Part shown: positions 44,073-54,425 of the stretch, piece after piece
Position numbering within the stretch: position 1 is the first letter of the stretch
Layout: every line of letters begins with the position of its first letter
Assembly (NCBI GenBank): GCA_016193315.1
Contig: JACPSJ010000001.1
Span: 471,478-535,477 of the forward strand
Length of the DNA: 64,000 bases
Source of the DNA: Candidatus Kerfeldbacteria bacterium
GTDB taxonomy: Bacteria; Patescibacteriota; Patescibacteriia; SBBC01; CAIJZX01
Direction: 5' to 3'
Notes under the pieces: generated by a model
What the model was told of the DNA's origin: nothing
Seen by the model: the letters and a program-made list of their open reading frames with translations, nothing else
Database searches by the model: none
Position numbers and translations under genes: made by a program

Positions 44073-46036
44073 AGTGGCTCCGCTGGCAACCAAAACTCAT
44101 CGGTCTCCATTTCACGCGGGCTTCACGTTCCCGGCGCCGTTGGCGCCTTTGGTTGCGGCGCGGCCTGTGGTCGTTGGCGGCTCTCGTGACCATCATGGTG
44201 GTGACCGCCGGCTACTACTACCCCAAAGCCAAACACGCGCTGTCCGCCGCACGACAAGCGCAGCAGCTGGCCAAACAATTACCGGGCGACTTGTCGGCCC
44301 AGCGATTTGCGCAGGCCAAGAAGCGGGTGAAAGACCTGCAGGCGGCTATTGACCAAAGCCAGCAAGCGGTCAGCCAGATGGCCGGGCTGCGCCATTGGCC
44401 ATACATCGGTCGTCAGTTCCGGACGGTGGAAACGCTCCTCGTACTTGGTGACGACTCGGTTGAGGCGGTCAAAGCTTTGGTCGATTTTGCGGACCAACTA
44501 CTCAGTCCTTTTGCCAACCGCGGCTCAGTCACCATCGCCAGCATCAGTCGGAAGGAGAAAGGGCAACTTTTGGCCGACATCGCCGCCCACGAGTCTTCAC
44601 TGCGTCGAGCCGAACAGGCGATGGACCGCGCGGCATCAAGACTCAATTTCATCCCCGCCCGTGGCCTTATCCGTCCGCTGGCTAACATCGTCCGGCCGCT
44701 GAAAGAACAATTTCCCCTGCTGCAGCACGGTCTCCAGCAGGCCGTACCGGCCAGCCGAATTTTACCTACCGTCTTGGGCTATCCAGAAGAAAAAAAATAT
44801 CTATTCCTGCTCCAAAATAATACTGAACTACGACCGGGCGGCGGATTCATTGGAACCTATGGCGTCATGAATGTTGCGTCCGGCGAAATCGTCAATCTGA
44901 CGACTGATAACAGCTACAACCTTGAAACCGGCCGCACTCTTCCGATCGTGCCGCCGCCGGAACCAGTGGCGCGGTACCTCAAGACACGTAACTGGTACTT
45001 CCGTGATGCTAACTGGTCACCAGATTTCCCCACCTCAGCCCAGCAAGCACTGTTACTCTACCAGCGCGCCGGCGGCCGACGGGATATCGATGGCGTGGTG
45101 GCCATCACGCCGACAGCCATCACCGCCTTACTCCAACTCGTTGGTCCGATTACTATTGATCGCCTGGAGTTTACGGCCGAAAACTTTACCGATCGCTTGC
45201 AACAATACGTTGACGTTGATTTTCGTCAGGCCGGTGTGAGTGAAGACGACCGGAAAGATATTATTGGCCCATTGACCACTACGTTGGTCGACCGTATCCT
45301 TAGTCTCCCCCTGGCCGACTGGTCAAAGCTCTTCCTGGTCCTCAGTCAGCAGCTGAATGAAAAACAGTTGTTGCTGTCGATGCACGACCCGGTAGTCCAG
45401 AGCGTGTTGGTCGATCAAAATTGGGCCGGCGCCATTGCCTCCCCCGAAGGTGGAGATTCGTTACTAATTGCCGACGCCAATCTGGCCAGTTTAAAAACGG
45501 ATCCAGCCATCGAGCGAAGCTACGAGTACCGTGTTCGGGTAGCCGACGGACGGGCCGAGGGCTGGCTGCAAATTCGCTACCGCCACACTAGACCCTTTGA
45601 TTGGAAAACAACTCGCTACAATACCTACGTCCGGATCTACGTCCCGGACGGGTCAAGGTTACTCGACGCCCAGGGTGCGCAGCTGCGAGAAAAGTCAAAC
45701 GCTCCCGGGCCGGTGACCACCTCGACGGAACTCGGGAAAACGGTGTTTGCGGCTTTTAAATCGATTGAACCGAAAACGGAGAACGCGCTCACCGTTCATT
45801 ACCAGTTGCCGGACCACATCGCTCAATTCCTCGAATCATCACATGAGTACCGCCTGGTGTGGCAAAAACAACCTGGCCTCGAATCCGCTGGGCTGACGCT
45901 GACGGTCACCACCCCAGGTCGCGTGCCAATCCAAGCGTCTAACCTTGACAACCAGGCCCGCCTAAGTAAAGATAGCGTCGCTTTTCAGGGGCCGCTGCGT
46001 GAGGATCGGGCCGCCCTTATTACCTACCGTCGCTAA
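44069..46036 (+). CDS. DUF4012 domain-containing membrane-anchored protein
   Basis: N-terminal TM. LLQNNTELRPGGGFIGTYGVM matches the DUF4012 core. ATGA overlap with the upstream GT2. Confidence 0.65.
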   Translation: MKWLRWQPKLIGLHFTRASRSRRRWRLWLRRGLWSLAALVTIMVVTAGYYYPKAKHALSAARQAQQLAKQLPGDLSAQRFAQAKKRVKDLQAAIDQSQQAVSQMAGLRHWPYIGRQFRTVETLLVLGDDSVEAVKALVDFADQLLSPFANRGSVTIASISRKEKGQLLADIAAHESSLRRAEQAMDRAASRLNFIPARGLIRPLANIVRPLKEQFPLLQHGLQQAVPASRILPTVLGYPEEKKYLFLLQNNTELRPGGGFIGTYGVMNVASGEIVNLTTDNSYNLETGRTLPIVPPPEPVARYLKTRNWYFRDANWSPDFPTSAQQALLLYQRAGGRRDIDGVVAITPTAITALLQLVGPITIDRLEFTAENFTDRLQQYVDVDFRQAGVSEDDRKDIIGPLTTTLVDRILSLPLADWSKLFLVLSQQLNEKQLLLSMHDPVVQSVLVDQNWAGAIASPEGGDSLLIADANLASLKTDPAIERSYEYRVRVADGRAEGWLQIRYRHTRPFDWKTTRYNTYVRIYVPDGSRLLDAQGAQLREKSNAPGPVTTSTELGKTVFAAFKSIEPKTENALTVHYQLPDHIAQFLESSHEYRLVWQKQPGLESAGLTLTVTTPGRVPIQASNLDNQARLSKDSVAFQGPLREDRAALITYRR

Positions 46037-46040
46037 CTCC

Positions 46041-47048
46041 ATGTTCACCCGACGTATCGGGATTGATCTCGGCACCACCTATACGTTAGTTCACTTACCC
46101 GGTCGCGGAATTGTTCTCAACGAACCGTCAGTGGTAGCAATATCACTGCTCGACAAGAAAGTACTGGCGGTTGGTGACGAAGCAAAAGAGATGATTGGCC
46201 GCACCCCTGACACCATTGTTGCTTCACGCCCACTGAAGGATGGGGTGATTGCTGACTATCGCACCACCGAAGCAATGTTGCGCTACTTTATTAATAAGGC
46301 GCTCGGGGGGGTGCGTTTTTTTCGGGCCGAGGTGATGGTCGCGGTCCCCGGCGGCATCACCTCAACTGAACGTCGAGCCGTGATCGATGCGACGTTAGCG
46401 GCCGGAGCCCGGGCCGCGTATATCATCAAGGAACCGATCGCGGCGGCCATCGGTGCCAATATCCCCATTGGTTCGCCATCCGGGCACATGATCATAGATA
46501 TCGGAGGTGGGACGTCAGAAATCGCCGTCTTGTCGCTGGGGGGCATCGTGGTCAACACCTCGGTTCGGATTGGCGGGAACAAATTCGACTACGCCATTCA
46601 GGAACATGTGCGCAAGAAATACGGCTTGGCGATCGGCGAACGGACCGCCGAAGATATTAAGATTACTATTGGCAGCGCCTTAGTGATGGATGATAAGTTG
46701 TCAACTGATATCCGCGGTCGTGACATGATCACGGGCTTGCCGCGGACGGTCACCATCGTCTCCGATGATGTGACGGAAGCCATCCAGAACGAGCTGGCCG
46801 GTATCATCCAAGCGATCAAGAACGTCTTACAGGATACGCCCCCCGAACTGTCGGCGGACGTGATGGACAAAGGCATGGTCCTGAGCGGCGGTTCGTCCTT
46901 GCTGCGTAATATCGACAAGCTCCTCGCTCAGGCTATCGGAGTCCCAGCCTATGTGGCGGATGAGCCTGAACTCTGTGTCGCCCGCGGCACTGGCGTGGCG
47001 CTTGACAATCTCGAATCGTACAAGCGGAGTATTCTGGCCACCAGATAA
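46041..47048 (+). CDS. mreB: Rod shape-determining protein MreB (paralog 1, embedded in the glycosyltransferase cluster)
   Basis: RIGIDLGTTYTLV ... NEPSVVA ... IIDIGGGTSEIAVLSLGGIV ... actin-fold motifs. Confidence 0.9.
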   Translation: MFTRRIGIDLGTTYTLVHLPGRGIVLNEPSVVAISLLDKKVLAVGDEAKEMIGRTPDTIVASRPLKDGVIADYRTTEAMLRYFINKALGGVRFFRAEVMVAVPGGITSTERRAVIDATLAAGARAAYIIKEPIAAAIGANIPIGSPSGHMIIDIGGGTSEIAVLSLGGIVVNTSVRIGGNKFDYAIQEHVRKKYGLAIGERTAEDIKITIGSALVMDDKLSTDIRGRDMITGLPRTVTIVSDDVTEAIQNELAGIIQAIKNVLQDTPPELSADVMDKGMVLSGGSSLLRNIDKLLAQAIGVPAYVADEPELCVARGTGVALDNLESYKRSILATR

Positions 47049-48244
47049 TGGTCATTGGCATCGACGCCTCTCGGGCCAACGAGCGGGAAAAGACAGGTAC
47101 CGAGTGGTACAGTTGGCACCTGCTACGCGTCCTCGTGCCGCTGCTTGGCGAGCACCGAGTTCGACTCTACACCCGCGAGCCGCTTGAACCGATTCTCCGG
47201 CAGCTTGGACCGCCGGTGGAAGAGCGCGTGCTTCGTTGGCCACCGGGGGTACTGTGGAGCCATCTTCGATTGTCGTGGGAACTTCTCTGGTCGCCGCCGG
47301 ATGTTCTCCTGATCACCGCTGATACCGTTCCGCTTATCCACCCGCGTCGAACGTATACCACTATCCATGACGTGGCTTTCGAGCGCTTCCCGGCCCTCTA
47401 TGCCCAACACTCAGTTCAACGACGCCTCGGGTGGCTACGGCCGGTCATTCATCTAGCTGTTCGAATCGTCACCCTCGGCCGGTACAGCGCTTCAGAACTT
47501 GACTACCACCGCTGGTCTGTCCGTCACGCCTTACGCGCCAGCCGAAAGATCCTGACCGTTTCGGAGTTTACGAAGTCTGAACTAGTCAGCCTTTTGGGAG
47601 CCGGGCCAGAGCAGGTAGTCGTCACGTCGCAAGGGGTCAGCCAGCCAGCTTCGTTTGTGACGGTTGATGAGCATCAGATCCAAACCATCCTGGCACGATT
47701 GGGGCTGTCGCGACCATACTTTTTGTTTCTGGGCCGCCTGGAAGCCAAAAAGAATATCGAATTACTGGTCCATGGTTATGTTGAGTATCGTCGTCAGGCG
47801 GCCCGGCCAGTCAATTTAGTCTTGGTGGGAAATCCTGGACAAGGATGGGCGGGAGTCGGGGCCTGGCTTCACCAAGCAAAACGTAGACAAGGCATTTACC
47901 AGCTCGGCTGGCAGTCGCCGAATGATTTACGAGTGCTACAGAAAGGAGCGTCGGGTTTTGTATTCTTGTCGCAATACGAAGGTTTCGGCCGGCCGCCTCT
48001 CGAGTCGCTGAGCGCTCGGGTGCCGGTATTGGCTAGCCGCACGGCCGCCCTCCCAGAAGTTCTAGGTTCATGCGCCCTCTATGTTGACCAGCTGGACCCG
48101 AGCCACGTCGCCCGGGGGCTGGCCCGATTGGCGGAGGACGAACCGCTGCGTGCGAGTTTAGTCAGGTGCGGCCTGCAACGCGTTCAGCAGTTCACCTGGG
48201 AGGAAACCGCCCGACGAACCGTGGCCGTACTCCTCTCAGCGTAG
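47048..48244 (+). CDS. Glycosyltransferase family 4 (GT-B, group 1)
   Basis: FLFLGRLEAKKNIELLV ... EGFGRPPLESLSARVPVLASRTAALPEVLG. Confidence 0.75.
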   Translation: MVIGIDASRANEREKTGTEWYSWHLLRVLVPLLGEHRVRLYTREPLEPILRQLGPPVEERVLRWPPGVLWSHLRLSWELLWSPPDVLLITADTVPLIHPRRTYTTIHDVAFERFPALYAQHSVQRRLGWLRPVIHLAVRIVTLGRYSASELDYHRWSVRHALRASRKILTVSEFTKSELVSLLGAGPEQVVVTSQGVSQPASFVTVDEHQIQTILARLGLSRPYFLFLGRLEAKKNIELLVHGYVEYRRQAARPVNLVLVGNPGQGWAGVGAWLHQAKRRQGIYQLGWQSPNDLRVLQKGASGFVFLSQYEGFGRPPLESLSARVPVLASRTAALPEVLGSCALYVDQLDPSHVARGLARLAEDEPLRASLVRCGLQRVQQFTWEETARRTVAVLLSA

Positions 48245-48276
48245 CCCTTGCATATTGGCGGTCATCATGGTAGAGT

Positions 48277-49296
48277 TTGCTTCGTTCCGTGACTACCCGC
48301 CGCAACAGTCCATCCCGATCGGCGGCTCGCTGGCCATTTCTCGGCCAGGAGCGCCTTGGGTATCGACTCCTGGCGGCACTGCAAGCTGACCAATTGCCAC
48401 CGTCGGTGCTCTTTGCTGGGCCCGCTCAGCTCGGGAAACGTTCGGCCGCGCGCTGGTTGGCAAGGTTTGATCGTTGCTTGTCGGCCGGCCGGCGGCCATG
48501 TGATCACTGTCTTAGTTGCCGCCAGCTGGCAGTTGATCAGCATCCTCAAGTCTCGACCCTGACGGCGAACAACGACCACCCCCTCAGGATTGATGCTATT
48601 CGTCAGGCGACACGAAGTTTCCCCTTCCGTCTTGACCCTTCCGAACGCCGTTGGCTCATCATCCTCCACGCTGAATTGATGACCGAAAGTGCAAGCAACG
48701 CCCTCCTAAAATTTCTTGAAGAATCCCCAGCCGGTGTCATGACGGTGCTAACGACCAATAACCTAGCCCAACTACCAGCCACGATTGTCTCGCGATCAGC
48801 CGTTTACTTTTGGCACCTCGTCCCGCCACAAAAAATGATTACTCAACTGAGATTGTGGTTGGTCGAACGCGCCCTGCCCCCGACGATTCGTCCGGCCGAC
48901 ATCATCGCTCGCGCGGCCGGCCGCCCCGGACTACTCCATCGTCTCGCTCAGCAACCGCAGGTCCTGATCGATGAACTCGAATTATTAGCCGTTTTTTTTC
49001 GAGCTTTTGTCGGGCGTGAGGCAGCCGCCATCCAATCTCTCTTGTCCGAAATTGATGACCGCCTGAATGAAAACTATTTTCATCTCTGGGAACTTGGTTT
49101 ACGTGAACTACTGTTAGCCAAGTTGAACCTGACGAGTCGCCGCCTCTGGCCGAGCTGGCATGATCGGCTTGAGCGTTACATTGAAGATATCTCGCTGGCC
49201 GAATTACTGGCTCGCTCCGACCGCTGGCTGGAACGATTTCGTCTCTTTCATCACCATGTGGCACCCCGACTTGTCGCCGCCGACCTCCTGGCCTAG
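48277..49296 (+). CDS. holB: DNA polymerase III delta-prime subunit (start uncertain; TTG at 48277)
   Basis: LFAGPAQLGKRSAARWLA (P-loop-like). CDHCLSCRQ zinc module. SNALLKFLEESP sensor motif. Confidence 0.7.
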   Translation: MLRSVTTRRNSPSRSAARWPFLGQERLGYRLLAALQADQLPPSVLFAGPAQLGKRSAARWLARFDRCLSAGRRPCDHCLSCRQLAVDQHPQVSTLTANNDHPLRIDAIRQATRSFPFRLDPSERRWLIILHAELMTESASNALLKFLEESPAGVMTVLTTNNLAQLPATIVSRSAVYFWHLVPPQKMITQLRLWLVERALPPTIRPADIIARAAGRPGLLHRLAQQPQVLIDELELLAVFFRAFVGREAAAIQSLLSEIDDRLNENYFHLWELGLRELLLAKLNLTSRRLWPSWHDRLERYIEDISLAELLARSDRWLERFRLFHHHVAPRLVAADLLA

Positions 49297-50365
49297 GCTT
49301 AAGCCGCTCGTAGTCACCCTGGCGGCACTCCTCCTCCTGGGGCAGGGGTGCACCATTCGCATCGGTCAGCCGACCACGAACGACGGCGGTGTCTTCCGTT
49401 CCGATGACCACGGGCAAACCTGGATGCAGAAAACGTTTGTCGGCCGGCAAAAAAAACGCCTCCTCACTATTAGCGATGTCTCCGGAGTCGCACTCGTCTT
49501 TGATCCTCGCGACCACAAACACATCTTTCTCGGCACGCGCGTGAACGGCCTGTGGCAGACAACGGATAGCGGGGAACATTGGCAGCCCACTACCCTCCGG
49601 GCTGGCCGCTTCGACTGCCTCAGCTTTGATCCGGATAACAGCCAGATTCTGTACACGGCTAGCGGCAGCACCGTGCTGAAAAGTACCGACGGTGGGGGCA
49701 GTTGGAGCCCGGTCTACCTCGAAGCTCAGCCCGGCCACATCGTCAAGTGTGTCATTGTCAATCCCCTGGCCGGTAATGAGATTTGGGCTCTCACCAGCGG
49801 CGGCAAACTGATCCTCAGCCAGGATTATGGTCAACGCTGGACAGTGCGGACCACCATGACGCCATTGGAACCGCGGCGGCTGACTTTTGACTTCGATGGC
49901 TCCGGTCGAATCTATGTCTTTTCCACCACCGGCGGTATTTATGTCATTCGTGATCACGGAACAACGGTGGAAAATCTTAGCGCCCCTCTCCAATCGTTTT
50001 CCGGCGGCAGCGACATCCGGGCCGTCACCATTGTGAGTGGACCCACCCCATCATGGTATTTGGGCACGCTCTATGGTTTGCTGGTTAGCCACGATCGCGG
50101 CCTAACCTGGACCAGTATTCCGACCCTGGTGACGCCCCGGAGTGTAGCCATCGAAAACGTGGCCGTTAACCCCCGTCAGTCAGATGAGATCTTTATCATT
50201 GCCGGCCAAAAACTTCATCGGACTACTAACGGTGGTACGTCATGGTCGGTCAGCACCCTGCCAACCAAGCGAATTCCTACCCTCCTGACATTTGATCCGA
50301 CCGACCCCGACCAGCTCTACATTTCCACCCTCAAGCCAGTGAAGAAAAAATCAGGTCTGTTTTAG
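49256..50365 (+). CDS. Secreted BNR/Asp-box repeat beta-propeller protein (Ycf48-like)
   Basis: Signal peptide. Repeated SxDxGxTW motifs (SDDHGQTW, TTDSGEHW, STDGGGSW, SQDYGQRW, SHDRGLTW, TTNGGTSW). Confidence 0.65.
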   Translation: MWHPDLSPPTSWPRLKPLVVTLAALLLLGQGCTIRIGQPTTNDGGVFRSDDHGQTWMQKTFVGRQKKRLLTISDVSGVALVFDPRDHKHIFLGTRVNGLWQTTDSGEHWQPTTLRAGRFDCLSFDPDNSQILYTASGSTVLKSTDGGGSWSPVYLEAQPGHIVKCVIVNPLAGNEIWALTSGGKLILSQDYGQRWTVRTTMTPLEPRRLTFDFDGSGRIYVFSTTGGIYVIRDHGTTVENLSAPLQSFSGGSDIRAVTIVSGPTPSWYLGTLYGLLVSHDRGLTWTSIPTLVTPRSVAIENVAVNPRQSDEIFIIAGQKLHRTTNGGTSWSVSTLPTKRIPTLLTFDPTDPDQLYISTLKPVKKKSGLF

Positions 50366-50369
50366 CGCC

Positions 50370-50921
50370 GTGGACTACCTCACCATTCTGGCTTCCCACA
50401 TCCAGCGAGCACGCGATTTTCTTGAGCGCGAACTGGCTGGCCTGCGAACGGGACGGGCTAATCCCAGCTTGATCGAACGCCTGTCAATCAGCTGCTATGG
50501 TAGCGTCAGTCCGCTGCAGGAGGTGGCCGCCATTCACAGTCCAGAGCCACAGCAGCTCGTCGTCCAACCATGGGACCCGGGTATTATCAGGGATATCGAG
50601 CGCGCTCTCAGCCAGTCTACGCTTGGAGTCACGCCAGTCGTGGAGGGTAAGATTATTCGTCTCCCGTTTCCACCCATGACCGATGATCGACGTCAGGAAC
50701 TGCTCCGCCTAGTTAAAGACAAAGGTGAACAAGCGAAGGTTCGTATTCGCGTGGGCCGCGAAGAAGTAGTGAAAAAGTTACGTCAACAAGAACGTGACCG
50801 GCAGATATCCGAAGACGAACTCGAGGCCGCGATGAAAACTATCCAGTCACGTGTCGATCAGGCGACGACTGACATCGATGCCAGCCTGACGCGCAAAAGA
50901 GACGAGTTAGAAACGCGCTAG
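50370..50921 (+). CDS. frr: Ribosome recycling factor (GTG start)
   Basis: RRF pattern including LAGLRTGRANPSLIERLSISCYGSVSPLQEVAAI and the C-terminal coiled region. Confidence 0.9.
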   Translation: MDYLTILASHIQRARDFLERELAGLRTGRANPSLIERLSISCYGSVSPLQEVAAIHSPEPQQLVVQPWDPGIIRDIERALSQSTLGVTPVVEGKIIRLPFPPMTDDRRQELLRLVKDKGEQAKVRIRVGREEVVKKLRQQERDRQISEDELEAAMKTIQSRVDQATTDIDASLTRKRDELETR

Positions 50922-50922
50922 C

Positions 50923-52026
50923 ATGACCTTGCTCCTCTTTATCCTTATCCTTAGCCTGTTGGTCTTTGTTCATGAGCTAGGTCATTTTCTAGCGGCCCGC
51001 CGTTTTGGGATCGGTGTTCTGGAGTTCGGCTTTGGATTCCCACCTCGTCTGCGGGGCTGGCGGCGTGGTCAAACATTGTGGTCAATCAACCTAATCCCCT
51101 TCGGCGGCTTTGTTCGGCTCGAGGGCGAGACTGATCGTCAATCGAGCAGCCCCACCAGTTTTGCCCAGGCTTCGTGGGCCAAGAAATTTGTCATTTTGGC
51201 GGCCGGCGTCCTGATGAACTACGTCCTCGCCTGGTTGTTGCTATCAATTGTCCTGAGCGTCGGTGTCACCGTTGACCCCACCACCATTGGTCGTGACTCC
51301 TACCAGCGTCTGACACAGCGTCGTCTTGAGGCCTTTGTTTCCCCCGGTGGCTCGGCAGCCGCAGCTGGACTCCGATCCGGCGATACCATCGAGTCGATTA
51401 ATGGGCAAACTTTCGTATCAACGGACAGTTTAATCGCCTATGCGCGGTCCCAGGACTACCCACCACTGACCATTGTCTTCCGCCCAGCCTCAGGTCCATC
51501 CCGGACGGCGATGATCAACCCTCGGGCGGCCAGCGGCACTGATCGCCCGCTCTATGGCTTTGGTCTTCAAAGTTTAGCCACCATTCGTTACCCCTGGTAC
51601 GTGACACCGTTCTTCGGCCTGAAACAGACCCTCAGCCTGACGAACCAAACATGGAAGGGCATTGCGCAGCTAGCACGTGAACTGGTTGTCTCCGGACGCG
51701 TCAGTCAGGATTTAACTGGCCCGGTCGGCATCGCGGTCCTGATCGGCGAAATCCGACAGTTGGGCCTGCTGGCTGTCCTCCAGTTTGTAGCCATCCTGTC
51801 CATTAGCCTGGCGGTTATTAATTTTTTACCATTACCCGCCCTCGACGGTGGTCGGGCAGTGTTTGCCGTGGTCGAACAGATCCGTGGCCGTCCGTTAAGC
51901 TCGCGCTGGGAACAGGCCATCCATGCGGCCGGCTTCTACCTCATCCTCCTGCTGCTGATTATCATCAGCATCCATGATGCCCAACGCTTCAATCTCTTTC
52001 AACGACTCTTCCGTCTCGACCAATAA
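50923..52026 (+). CDS. rseP: RIP zinc metalloprotease RseP/site-2 protease (M50) with PDZ domain
   Basis: HELGHFLAARRFGI (HExxH in TM1). PDZ segment. LDGG motif (LPLPALDGGRAV). Confidence 0.9.
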   Translation: MTLLLFILILSLLVFVHELGHFLAARRFGIGVLEFGFGFPPRLRGWRRGQTLWSINLIPFGGFVRLEGETDRQSSSPTSFAQASWAKKFVILAAGVLMNYVLAWLLLSIVLSVGVTVDPTTIGRDSYQRLTQRRLEAFVSPGGSAAAAGLRSGDTIESINGQTFVSTDSLIAYARSQDYPPLTIVFRPASGPSRTAMINPRAASGTDRPLYGFGLQSLATIRYPWYVTPFFGLKQTLSLTNQTWKGIAQLARELVVSGRVSQDLTGPVGIAVLIGEIRQLGLLAVLQFVAILSISLAVINFLPLPALDGGRAVFAVVEQIRGRPLSSRWEQAIHAAGFYLILLLLIIISIHDAQRFNLFQRLFRLDQ

Positions 52027-52028
52027 CT

Positions 52029-53084
52029 ATGTTGAATAAGGTTCTCGGGCGCTTCTCGCACGATCTCGGCATCGACCTCGGTACCACCAACACCTTGGTC
52101 TACGTCCGCGACCACGGCATCGTCATGAACGAACCTTCGGTGGTAGCGGTCAATACGCGGACGAGTCAGGTCCTGGCCGTTGGTGAAGCCGCTCGGCGTA
52201 TGGTCGGAAAAACTCCGGCCCACATTGTCGCCAGCCGGCCCCTCGTGGACGGTGTAATTTCTGATTTCGAGGTGACGGAAAAAATGCTGAAATATTTTTT
52301 TGACCGAGTACACCGGGATTCACTCGGGTGGTTGCCGCGGCCTCGCGTGGTCATCGGCATTCCGCTCGGGGTGACCGAAGTCGAACGCAAGGCGGTCGAG
52401 GATGCCACTTTACACGCTGGGGCACGGGAAGTTTATCTGATTGAGGAGCCGATGGCCGCGGCCATCGGCGCCCGACTACCGATCCACGACGCTTCAGGTA
52501 ACATGGTGGTTGATATTGGCGGCGGGACAACGGAAATTGCCGTCATCTCTCTGGGCGGCGTTGTCGCCTGGCGTTCCCTCCGTTTGGCCGGCAATCGACT
52601 GGATCAAGACATCATCCAGTACGCCCGTGACCATTTTAATTTGTTACTTGGGGAACGCACGGCCGAAGAGATCAAAATGAAAATCGGGACCGTCTGGGAG
52701 CCGATGGAGGCGACGGAAACGAAAATGCGCGGCCGTGATTTGATTACTGGTCTACCGAAGGAAGTGGCCATCACGAGTGTCCAAGTGCACGATGCCCTGC
52801 AGCGTCCAATTCGGACCATTATCGAGAACATCAAGGCCACGCTCGAAAGTACCCCCCCCGAACTGGTGGCCGATATTTTCGAACGTGGCGTCCTGCTGGC
52901 CGGCGGTGGCGCTCTGCTCCGCGGCATCGGCCAAGCGATTCAAGCTGAGACCCAAATCCCGATTCATGTCGACGATGATCCATTGACCGCGGTGGTTCGT
53001 GGCACCGGTATTGTTTTGGAGGATCTTCAGTACCTACGAAAAGTTCTGGTCATGTCTAACGAGGACCAACCAACGAGCGTCTAG
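52029..53084 (+). CDS. mreB: Rod shape-determining protein MreB (paralog 2, in the mreBCD-mrdA operon)
   Basis: LGIDLGTTNTLVYV ... NEPSVVA ... VVDIGGGTTEIAVISLGGVV. Confidence 0.9.
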   Translation: MLNKVLGRFSHDLGIDLGTTNTLVYVRDHGIVMNEPSVVAVNTRTSQVLAVGEAARRMVGKTPAHIVASRPLVDGVISDFEVTEKMLKYFFDRVHRDSLGWLPRPRVVIGIPLGVTEVERKAVEDATLHAGAREVYLIEEPMAAAIGARLPIHDASGNMVVDIGGGTTEIAVISLGGVVAWRSLRLAGNRLDQDIIQYARDHFNLLLGERTAEEIKMKIGTVWEPMEATETKMRGRDLITGLPKEVAITSVQVHDALQRPIRTIIENIKATLESTPPELVADIFERGVLLAGGGALLRGIGQAIQAETQIPIHVDDDPLTAVVRGTGIVLEDLQYLRKVLVMSNEDQPTSV

Positions 53085-53104
53085 GTGGTTGAGTTTTCCT
53101 GGCC

Positions 53105-53887
53105 ATGAAAACCCGGTACATCCGCCCCAACGTTTTCACCTTGACAGCTCTGATGATAGTTTTCTTGTGGCTAGTTGGAGGTCGACTTGAATGGTCCGCT
53201 GGCCTACTCTTGCGACCGGCAACGAAGGCCGTCGGAACGGTACGTCGCTGGCTGGTGATGCCGGCTGACGTGGCGGCGCTTCGTCACGAACGGGACGCGC
53301 TACAACAACAATTGCTTGCTGTCAGCCAGCAGTTAGCCGAGGCGCGTGGGCGTCTCGAGGTGGCCGCCAACCTAAGCCAACTAGCAGAGTTTCTAGACCA
53401 AGCCAACATTTCCTCAATCACCGCCTCGGTCATCGCTTACAGCCCAGACCCCGGTGTTCAGAGTATCGCTATCCAGCGGGGACGTCGGCACGGTGTCACT
53501 GAAGGTCTGGCCGTAGTCGCCAGTGATGGCACCATGGTTGGGACGGTGGCTCGAGTTCATAACCAGACCGCTACGGTGCGGCTCTTGACCGACGGTCAGT
53601 CACGGGTGCTGGCGAAAGTGGGCAACCAAAGCTCCAGTCGCGGTCTCATTCGCGGTGAGCGCGGGTTAACCATGATCATGGAATTCATCCCGAAGAACGA
53701 CCGACTGGGGCCCGGCCAAATCGTGGCCACCTCCGATCTCGATCCTCGCATTCCGCCTGATCTTTTGATTGGCACGGTCGAACATGTCCAACTCCAGCCC
53801 GGAGCGTTATTCCAATCGGCGCGCGTTCGTTCCGCGACCACCTTCAATCGTTTGGGACTCGTCGCCGTCGTGAAGCCCCATCTATGA
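53105..53887 (+). CDS. mreC: Rod shape-determining protein MreC
   Basis: N-terminal TM, coiled coil, and C-terminal beta-domain with the GxxVV ... DG.L.G pattern (GLAVVASDGTMVGTVARV; GQIVATSDLDPRIPPDLLIGTV). Confidence 0.8.
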   Translation: MKTRYIRPNVFTLTALMIVFLWLVGGRLEWSAGLLLRPATKAVGTVRRWLVMPADVAALRHERDALQQQLLAVSQQLAEARGRLEVAANLSQLAEFLDQANISSITASVIAYSPDPGVQSIAIQRGRRHGVTEGLAVVASDGTMVGTVARVHNQTATVRLLTDGQSRVLAKVGNQSSSRGLIRGERGLTMIMEFIPKNDRLGPGQIVATSDLDPRIPPDLLIGTVEHVQLQPGALFQSARVRSATTFNRLGLVAVVKPHL

Positions 53888-54423
53888 CAGGTCAGGTAGC
53901 GAAGAGCATCCTGATTCTAGTCATTATTATTATTGTCGTGACCGCGGATCTAGCCGGCATCAAGGCCATACCTGGACTGGCGGTCGTTATCCAACCATCG
54001 TTACTGCTGACGATGATTCTCACCCTCACCCAAGGTTGGCGCTTCGGGTTGTTAGCGGCGCTCGTCGCCGGCGGGTTTTATCAGCTAGTTTCAACCTTCA
54101 CGCCATGGGCGCCCATCTTGGCTTTCGTCGGCACCGCCACCCTGGTCTCCTTCCTAACGCGACGTGTACTGACCACCAAATCGACCATGAGCTTCTTGAG
54201 TTTGATGGCCATCGGAACGTTCGGGTTTTACCTCATCCTGGTTGGCGTGGCCGGCGTCGCCTACGCTCTTAATCCGCACCAGTCCAAGCCGCTACTGCTG
54301 ATGTGGTTGCCACCACTTCTATTCCAACTGATCTCCCATCCGTTCCTCGGTTGGCTGTTTTGGCGCTTGACCAATCGACGGCAACGGTTGACCCAAGCCA
54401 CCACGCCCGATTATCAATTCTAG
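53884..54423 (+). CDS. mreD: Rod shape-determining protein MreD-like membrane protein
   Basis: 179-aa polytopic membrane protein immediately after mreC with ATGA overlap. Assignment is by position and hydrophobicity. Confidence 0.6.
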   Translation: MTGQVAKSILILVIIIIVVTADLAGIKAIPGLAVVIQPSLLLTMILTLTQGWRFGLLAALVAGGFYQLVSTFTPWAPILAFVGTATLVSFLTRRVLTTKSTMSFLSLMAIGTFGFYLILVGVAGVAYALNPHQSKPLLLMWLPPLLFQLISHPFLGWLFWRLTNRRQRLTQATTPDYQF

Positions 54424-54425
54424 GC

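Noticed and set aside
48902-49993. 363-aa minus-strand ORF antisense to holB and the BNR protein
   Set aside because: It spans two well-supported plus-strand genes and has an Arg/Pro/Gly-rich composition typical of antisense frames in GC-rich DNA.
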